Assembly: GCF_018350175.1 (NCBI RefSeq)
Contig: NC_058369.1
Location: 2,978,001-3,042,000 of the forward strand
DNA: 64,000 bases
DNA from: Felis catus
Taxonomy: Eukaryota
Direction: 5' to 3'
Under the pieces are notes generated by a model that was not told where the DNA came from, made no database searches, and saw nothing but the letters and a program-made list of their open reading frames with translations. Positions 56,332-64,000 of the stretch are shown here, piece by piece. A program made the translations under genes and the position numbers. Every line of letters starts with the position of its first letter. Within the stretch, counting starts at the first letter, position 1.

Positions 56332-59300
56332 GTTTTTAAGTTTACTTATTTATTTTGAGAGAGAGAGGGGGAGGGAATGTGAGGAGGGGAGGGGCAGAGA
56401 GAGAGGAGGGGAGAGAGAATCCTAAGCAGGCTCTGCACTGCCAGCACAGAGCCCGACCCGGGGCTCGAACTCATGAGCCACGAGATCATGCCTTGAGCCA
56501 AAACCAAGAGTCAGTCGCTTAACTGACCGAGCCATCCAGGCGCCCCTCTGATTGGCTGTTTAAGGTCTCCTTTTCCTTGCTTGTTCCCGAAGCTCGTGTG
56601 CAAGTGCGTGTGCGTCATAGAAACAGGAACAGGCCCCTGTTGGAGGTTTGGGCGTGTTCTTGCCACCGTCCTTCCTCCGCACGTGCGACCCTTCGGGACC
56701 ACAGCCGTGTCCCAGCTACGGTTTTAGCACCTCCCTCCCCCTCCGCCCCCCCACCCCGGTGTATCGTGAGCATCTGCTCCGGTCGTGAAGTGTTCTTTGC
56801 TGGTGGCAGTTTGCAAGGCGGCCTGGCAGCTGGGGTGGACATGTTGTGCCGGGCCTCTCTGTTGGTGTCTGGGATTGAGCCGGAGGCTGGTTCCGGTCCT
56901 CCCAGACGACCTGGGAACAGGGGTTCCCTCCCTTTAGTCCCTGGGGGGCGCTGGGGCCTGGGGTGGGCACCTCATCCCAGCCTGTGCTCCACCTGGCGGG
57001 GCCCCCACCGCCTCGCGGCAGCCTGTGTCCCCGCAGACGTACTTCTGGGTTTGTTCAAAGACACCGGGAAATTATGTTGACTCTTAGGAGGTAAAAGTCT
57101 TGGAGAAAAATCGAGCGGGGAAGGAGATGGGGAGACCAGAATTGCAGGAGGTTGTTGGGGAGTTGTAGTGTTTTGGGATTTTGTGTTTCTTAAAGTTTAT
57201 TTTGAGCGAGAGCACATGTGAGTGGGAAAGGGCAGAGAGAAAGAGGGAGAATCCCAAGCAGGTTCCAAGCTGTCAGCACAGAGCCTGATGCAGAGCTCCA
57301 TCCCACGAACCGTGCGATCATGACCTGAGCTGAAACCGAGAGTCAGACACCTGACTGACTGAGCCCCCAGGTACCCCTGGGGGGTGGCAGTTATAATGTT
57401 CGTTTATTTCTGAGGGAGAAGGGGAGACAGAGCGTGAGTGGGGGAAGGGCAGAGAGAGAAAAAAGGAGACACAGAATCCAAAGCAGGCTCCAGGCTCTGA
57501 GCTGTCAACACAGAGCCTGACGCGGGGCTCAAACTCACAAACCCTGAGATCACGATCTGAGCCACAGTCAGGTGCTTAACCGACTGAGCCACCCAGGTGC
57601 CCTTGGGAGGACAGCAGATTTGAAATGAAGGTGTTCAGGGACCTCTGTCATTCTGGTGGCATTTGAGCAGATTTCAGAGACATCAGGGCCATCTAAATCA
57701 CTGGGGAAGGAATGTTCTGGAAGAGGGGATGTCAAGTGCAAAGGCCCTGAGGCAGGATGTTCTTGACACACCGGCAACAGAAGGAGGTGGCCGAGATGGC
57801 TGCTGTGGAATCGAGGCCACTAGGGGTGGGGACGGCATCCCCCAAGTGGCAGACGGTGACCTGCTGGGGTGGGGGTGGGCAGTGAGGGGTCTGTGTGGGA
57901 CAGGGACCTCGCTGGTGCGTTTCGAATTGGAGCCACTTGGGAGTTGATGGGGGGGTAGGAGTGCCACGAGTTGTGGATGCTGCCTGCGTCTCTGCTCGGA
58001 GCTGCTGGAGGGACGGAGCCACCACTTCAGTGGATGACAGGTCTGGGTTTGGGGGACCCCCCAGCCCCCTCCCACCGTGCCGGGCATGCCGTGCCCCAAC
58101 CCAGGTGGCAGCTCGCCTCCCCGGGTCGAGGGTGGTAGTCGGCTCCCCTCAGCCTTCGCAGCCGTCTTAGGTATGGGGAGCCCCGCCCCCAAGAAATAAT
58201 TGCCCCTTGGCTCTTTGGGCAGGTCTGGGCATGTCTGCAGGTGGCCTGTGTGCTCCCCCACCCCCCAGTCGGGCGGCCCTCCCCCAGGGCCCTAAGCAGG
58301 ACTCCGCGGGGACCGGCCAGGCCCTCAACACGCGAGCATGGGTTGGCACTGGTTTGGCAGTTAGAGCAGCCACCTCTTGCCGAGCTCCGGCCACACGCCC
58401 GGCCCCGTGCCCGGAGAAGCCCCCAGGCTCGGGCGGGGACAGCGGTGCGCACCCGGGCAGAGCTGGGGTACGAGCTCACGTGGTCTGGCTTCGGAGCCGA
58501 GCTGGTTTTTATATTTCAATTGCGTTTGCTTTTAAGTAGGTTACCTACTCTTGTGGTTTGGGATTCAGAAGGTTTGGGAGCAGGGCTCGGCCACCTCGGG
58601 CCCAGGGGCCAGCTTCGTTGACTGTTCTCGAAAACCAAGCTTTATTGACCCGTAGCCAACGCCCATTTGTCTGTTTACCATCTCTGGTGGCTTTTGCGGT
58701 ACAAGGCGGAGTGGGGACGTTGAGGCACAGGGCATGTGGCCCACAGAAACCAAAAATACTTACGTTCCCGCCCTTTACGAGAACAGTCTGCCCACCAGTG
58801 TTGGAAGGGCTCGGGCAGTAGGAGGAAAGCTGGCTCCTTGGGGCGCCTGGGTGGCTCAGTCAGCTGAGCATCGGACTCTTGATCTCTGCTGAGGTCACGA
58901 CCTCACGGTTTGTGAGTTCGAGCCCCGCGTCGAGCTCTGTGCTGACGGAGCAGAGCCTGCTTGGGATTCTCTGTCTCCTGCTCTCTCTGCCCCTCGTCTG
59001 CTTGTGCGCTCCTTCTGTCTGTCTCTCCCCAGATGAATAAACTCAGAGAAGAAAAAAAAGGAAAGCCGACTCCTTCTTTCTCCCAGTCACCCTGAGGCGG
59101 CGATTGTGGCCAGCTCTCACAGAGCCCCCCATCCAGAGATGTCCTTTGCACACATCTCTCCCTCTGCCCGGTGATGCAGATCTGGTGTGATAGACGCCTG
59201 TCTGCACCTGCTGCTTTCGGCTAACAGAAGCATCTCGGGGTCCACCCCTTATCGGAGCTTGAAGAGCTTCTGGATGCTTGCCCGTTTCAGGGTCGCCTGG

Positions 59301-60572
59301 CATTCCCTCGTCAGCTGTCCTGGAGTGAAAGTAATCCCTGTGCCCAGCGTGGGGCTCGAACTCACAACCCGGAGATCAGGAGTCACCTGCTCCACCGATG
59401 GAGCCTGCCAGGCGCCCCTTTCCAGTGAAGCTTTGAATGTTTAAAAGCTGAGGTGTAATTTACATACGACAGAGTCCTCAGATCCTCAGTGTGTAGTTTG
59501 AGTCTCACCCCGGGAACCCAAACGCTGTAGACCCACAACATTTCCGCCACGTAAAGCCCCCCACCCCTTCGGACGTCCCCCGTCTCGGCCCGCACCCCTA
59601 GAAGCACCCCCCGTCGTCCCGATTCCTGTCACTGCGGGCGAGTTCCACCTGTTCCTGGACGCGGGCCAGGGCACGTGCGTCAGGTACTTCTCGGCGTCTG
59701 CCTGCTGTGGGTCAGCACCTTGGCGGTTAGATTTGCCCGCGTGGCCGTGCGGGGCATCGGTTTTAGGGTTCGTCTGTTTCTGCACCGGCCGCCACTCGGG
59801 TTGTTTCCAGTTTAGGGCTCCTAGAAATACGTTTGCCATGAGCGTTCTTGTACAGTCTTCCTGGGGACCTATTTCCTTTTATCTGGGGGCACATACGAGG
59901 TTGCTGAGCGATTGGGTAGCTGTGCGTTTAACTTTGCTAGAAGCTGCCCGGCCGTTCCAGAAGAGGGGTTGTGCCCGCAGCAGAGACTTGCTCCGCACCA
60001 CCCCCCCCCAGCACCGGAAGTTGTCACTGCGTTTTAGCCATGCCTGTGGGCGTGTGAAGGTTTCAAACCTGGGCCAGATCCCAAGGGCCTGCACGTTTGC
60101 CGATATTTTCTGAAGAATTTTTGCATCTGTGTTTGCGAGGGATATTGACAGTATTCCTTTTTTTTTTTTTTTTTTTTTTTTTAATGTGTATCTGTTTTGA
60201 GACAGACAGTGTGTGTGCGCGTGTGGGATTGGGGGAGGGGGGCAGAGAGGGAGAGCGAACCCCAAGCAGGGCAGGCTGAGCACCAACAGCCCAGAGCGTG
60301 CGATGTGGGGCTCAATCTCAGGGTGATGATGTGTGCCGAAATCAAGAATCCGGTGCTGGACCGACTGAGCCCCCCAGGCGCTCCCTCACTGTTCCTTCCT
60401 TGATGCCTTTTTGTCAGGTTTGGTATCGGGCTCATGCCGGGATTGTAGAGTGAGTGAAGTGTCCTCTTTACTCTTTGAAAATTTGTATGGAGTCTGTATC
60501 GTTTCTTTTTATTTTTTTCTAAGGTTCTTATTTATGTATTATGAGAGAGAGCCTGAGGGAAGGAGGGAGGGT

Positions 60573-60632
<60 letters not shown>

Positions 60633-60755
60633 CCCAAGCAGGCTCTGCACTGGGCAAACCCCGACGCAAGGCTCCAAACCACAGATTGTGAGTTTCATGA
60701 CCCGAGCTGAAACCAAGAGCCAGACGCTTGACCGACTGAGCCCCCCAGGCGCCCC
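56332..60755. mobile_element. CanSINEs in PIAS4 intron 2: 56332-56547 (-), 57190-57377 (-), 57400-57602 (-), 58839-59060 (+), 59335-59418 (-, short), 60158-60385 (-), 60505-60755 (-)
   Basis: SINEC consensus; expanded (GA)n at ~60573-60629. Confidence 0.88.
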
Positions 60756-61320
60756 TATATCGCTTCTTAAATACTTGAGGGAACTCCCCAGTTGGATCTG
60801 GTTTTCGTGTGTGGAGGACTTTTCAACGATGAGTTCAGCTTCCCTAACTGATAAAGGGCTTTTCAAACTTCGTGCGTGTTTTGGCACCAGTTTGGTAATT
60901 TGCGTCTTTGGAAGAATTTGTCTATTTCATCTAAGTTTTCAGATTTATTGGCGTAAAGTCGTCCACCTCATTCCCGGATTAAACTAGAAGGCTGTGGGAT
61001 CTGTACTGTCGTCTGTCTTTCGTTCTGACAGCCTGCGTTCTTGTGATCTTCTGTTCGTTCTAGCTAGTTTGTCAAAGAACTCTCGCTTGAATGATTTTCT
61101 CCCTTGCTATTTTTATCTTTAATTTCTTTCCATCTGGTGACTTTGGCTTTAATTTTCTGTTCTTTTTCTAGTTTCTCGTAGAGGAAGTGCAAGTAACTTA
61201 TTTGAAACCTTTTTCTGTCTTTTAATAGAAGCAATTTAAAGCTATAAGTTTGCCTCTAACGACTGTGTTAGCTGCTCCTCCCAAGTTTTGGAGCGCTGCA
61301 TATTCTCTTTCAGTTCAGAG
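59440..61320 (-). mobile_element. Antisense L1M fragments interrupted by SINEs
   Basis: ctgaggtgtaatttacatac...gggttgtttccagttta...gaatttgtctatttcatctaagttttc...aaagctataagtttgcctctaa. Confidence 0.75.
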
Positions 61321-62117
61321 CACTTTCCGATCACCCCCGGGGTTCTCGATGCAGATGTAACTGAGAGTGCGGAGCCAGCTAGTCACCACCCTGGTCTCCA
61401 TCCCCTGGCAGACATCCCCCCACTTGTGCACCCAGCGGGCACTTTGTAATGACTAGCGTGCCTCCGTGTGTGGGGTCCCTGCTGTGAGCTGGGCTGCTCC
61501 GTGACTCTTGTGCACTCAGAGGCCCAGGGTGGTTTCGCTTCCCTGCCTCCTCTGCCGGCCGTGAATGCCCGAGGCAGAACCTGTCCCCTGCTTGTCCCTG
61601 TCCCCTCCAGCGGTGCCTTGCAGGGCCTAAGCTGAGCGCCGCGCAGACAGGCACGCGCTTGCCGGGCGTCCAGAACAGCCGTGCGGGGTGGGGACACAGT
61701 TGTCGCTGGCGTGGTACAGACCCAGAGAAAGCAGGCTCCAGGTGAAGCGGCTGGCTCAAGGGCACGCGGTCTGCCCCACGGCATCCTGCCAGCCCGGCGG
61801 GCTCCTCTCCCTGAGCCCCGCGCTTCTCAGTCTTCCTTGGCGACGCCTGAACCTGGAGGGCTGAGAAGGCTGCTCCTTCTCAAGGGGCCCGTAATGGGGA
61901 GGTGGGGGGAGGCGTTCCCTGAATCACAGGCTGCGGGGTGGCACCAGGAAGGCCTGGGCTCCCCCCGCACCTCGTCCCTGGTGGCCCTGCTTCCACCCCA
62001 CGTGCCTGGCTGCCCGGGTGGGGCTCAGCCTCTCGCGCCCCGCTCCCCGCAGACGTGGGCACGGTTGGCTCCCTCATCGGGGACCGGACGTCCCCCTGAC
62101 CCTCCGTTTGTTTTCAG

Positions 62118-62202
62118 TCCCACAGAATAATGAGAAGCTTCAGGAGAGCCCGTGCGTCTTTGCGCTGACGCCAAGGCAAGTGGAGCTGATCCGGAACTCC
62201 AG
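62118..62202 (+). CDS. PIAS4: PIAS4 exon 3 ([12 protein letters not shown]...IRNSR)
   Basis: ttttcag/gtgtg; 85 nt. Confidence 0.96.
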
Positions 62203-62924
62203 GTGTGCTGCGCCCCGCGCCCCTGCTGACCTCCTCGGCGGGCGGTGGGCTGGCGTGGTCTGGGGCGAGCCGGCCTTGGCAGGGGAGGGGGGGGGGCCTT
62301 CGGCAGACCCCACGGAGGCCCAACGCCCCATCCCACCCCCACCGTGTGCGCGGTGGCCCCCGCCCCCCGTCCTGGACACGGGGCCAGTGTCCCCTCCAGC
62401 ACGGCCCCCCTCAGCGCCGCTGGCTCGGGAGAGGGGTGCCCTGTGCCCCGGGTGGGGGGCGGGGGGGCCTCAGCAGCATCCCCGGCTCCCGTCCCACTTG
62501 ATGGCGGGAGCCTCCCTAGTTGTGATGAACACACACGTCCCCCCCAGACACTGCCCGGGGTCCTGCAGGGGCCCCTGAGCGAGGACAGATGAGGGACGAA
62601 GGCTGTCCCCGGTCTCTGCTATCTGAGGCCTTTCCGTCTGCAGCTGAGACAGAAGTCACCGCTGGAGCAGCCACTTGTTGGCCACGTGGCCCGTGCCGGG
62701 CCCATACCCACCAACCCATTTAATATCCGCGTGGACACCCCCCGAACTGTCCAGAGAGGGGGGTCCTTTGTCCCAGGCAGCAGTGAGTAGTCAGGAGAGG
62801 AGGCTTCAGTCAGCACCCACGGACTTCGTCACCAGGGGAGGTGGCAGGTTAGCCCGTGTGGCGTGCTCAGTGCCCTCCTGACTCGCTGACCCCTCTCCTC
62901 CCCTCTGACCCCCTCGGCGCACAG

Positions 62925-62966
62925 AGAGCTGCAGCCCGGGATCAAGGCCGTGCAGGTGGTCCTCAG
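62925..62966 (+). CDS. PIAS4: PIAS4 exon 4 (ELQPGIKAVQVVLR)
   Basis: cag/gtaag; 42 nt. Confidence 0.95.
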
Positions 62967-63335
62967 GTAAGCTGGGCGGGCCGCGGCCCCCGCCACGCCC
63001 ACCGCAGGTGCATCCCACCGGGCCCCTCTCCCTCCCGACGGTGTCTCTCGGGCTCCCCGCTCATGGGGGGGCCCTGCTCCTCCTCTCTTCCTGCTGTGTG
63101 TCCTTGCCTCTGCCTATGGACATGTCCCCAGCTAGCCTCTCTCAGACCAGCTCTTGGGCCCCGAGACCCCCCCCCCCCCGCCCCCGTACCGTGCAGAACG
63201 GCGATCCACCTGCCGGGCAGACGTGGCCCCTGTGGCCTCCGCCCTGGCCCCACGTCCACCCTCCCACCCCTCTCAGGGCCACCCCTCCATCCAGAGCCCC
63301 CTTTCACGGCCTGATGGGCTCCGCTGCCATTGCAG

Positions 63336-63426
63336 AATTTGCTACTCGGACACCAGCGGCCCCCAGGAGGACCAGTACCCACCCAACATCGCCGTGAAGG
63401 TCAACCACAGCTACTGCTCCGTCCCG
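63336..63426 (+). CDS. PIAS4: PIAS4 exon 5 ([16 protein letters not shown]...CSVP)
   Basis: cag/gtgag; 91 nt. Confidence 0.96.
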
Positions 63427-63528
63427 GTGAGCGGGGCGCCCCGGCAGCCCTGGGCCTGCTCTCGGGGGCGGGGCTGAGGGTGCGGAAGGAGCATCTTCCG
63501 CGGTGTGAGCCCCCATGGCTGCTTCCAG

Positions 63529-63657
63529 GGCTACTACCCCTCGAATAAGCCTGGAGTGGAGCCCAAGAGGCCGTGTCGCCCCATCAACCTCACCCACCTC
63601 ATGTACCTTTCCTCGGCCACCAACCGCATCACCGTCACCTGGGGGAACTATGGCAAG
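63529..63657 (+). CDS. PIAS4: PIAS4 exon 6 (GYYPSNK...PINLT...GNYGK)
   Basis: PINIT-type motif PINLT; cag/gtgag; 129 nt. Confidence 0.97.
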
Positions 63658-63768
63658 GTGAGTAGGGTTCGGGCGCTGCCCGCCTGCCCGCCACCACCAC
63701 CACCCCCCCGCTCCCCCCAGGGGGGCCCTGGCCGGCCCTGACAGCCCCTCCCCCACCTGTATCCCCAG

Positions 63769-63874
63769 AGCTACTCCGTGGCCTTGTACTTGGTGCGACA
63801 GCTGACCTCTTCGGAGCTGCTGCAGAGGTTGAAAACCATCGGGGTGAAGCATCCGGAGCTGTGCAAGGCGCTGG
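63769..63874 (+). CDS. PIAS4: PIAS4 exon 7 (SYSVALY...LCKAL); gene continues beyond the window
   Basis: cag/gtgag; 106 nt; SP-RING exons not in the window. Confidence 0.96.
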
Positions 63875-64000
63875 GTGAGCTCGTAGGAGGGGTGCGCCCC
63901 AGCATCCATGCATCACCCCGGGGAGCGTGGGAGGAGGAGCGGAGCCAGTCACGGATGAGGCAGGGGTGAGGGAGGTGTGCTCTCTAGCCCGGCGAGCCCG

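Overview
Mammalian genomic DNA, almost certainly from a cat or other felid, judged by the dense Fc-type CanSINEs. It holds the conserved DAPK3 - EEF2(SNORD37) - PIAS4 block, syntenic with human 19p13.3. I reconstructed by hand: complete DAPK3 (minus strand, 8 coding exons, 1365 nt, 454 aa); complete EEF2 (minus strand, 15 exons, 2577 nt, 858 aa, with TATA box, 5'TOP start and poly(A) signal); the C/D snoRNA SNORD37 in EEF2 intron 4; and exons 1-7 of PIAS4 (plus strand, cut by the window end). All coding junctions are GT-AG and in phase. The rest is CpG-island promoters plus SINE, L1, L2, MIR, MaLR and hAT fossils. I found no new biological system that the sequence supports, and nearly all listed ORFs are GC-rich noise. 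The best leads are small: an apparent EEF2 D302V, a PIAS4 C202G, a palindromic Kozak upstream ATG at PIAS4, an orphan NRF1/YY1 element upstream of EEF2, an odd DAPK3 exon 8 acceptor, a possible endless-ORF circRNA from DAPK3 exons 3-6, and GC/CpG remodelling of old repeats. Comparisons with human proteins and repeat consensus sequences are from memory and need alignment. Repeat boundaries are approximate.
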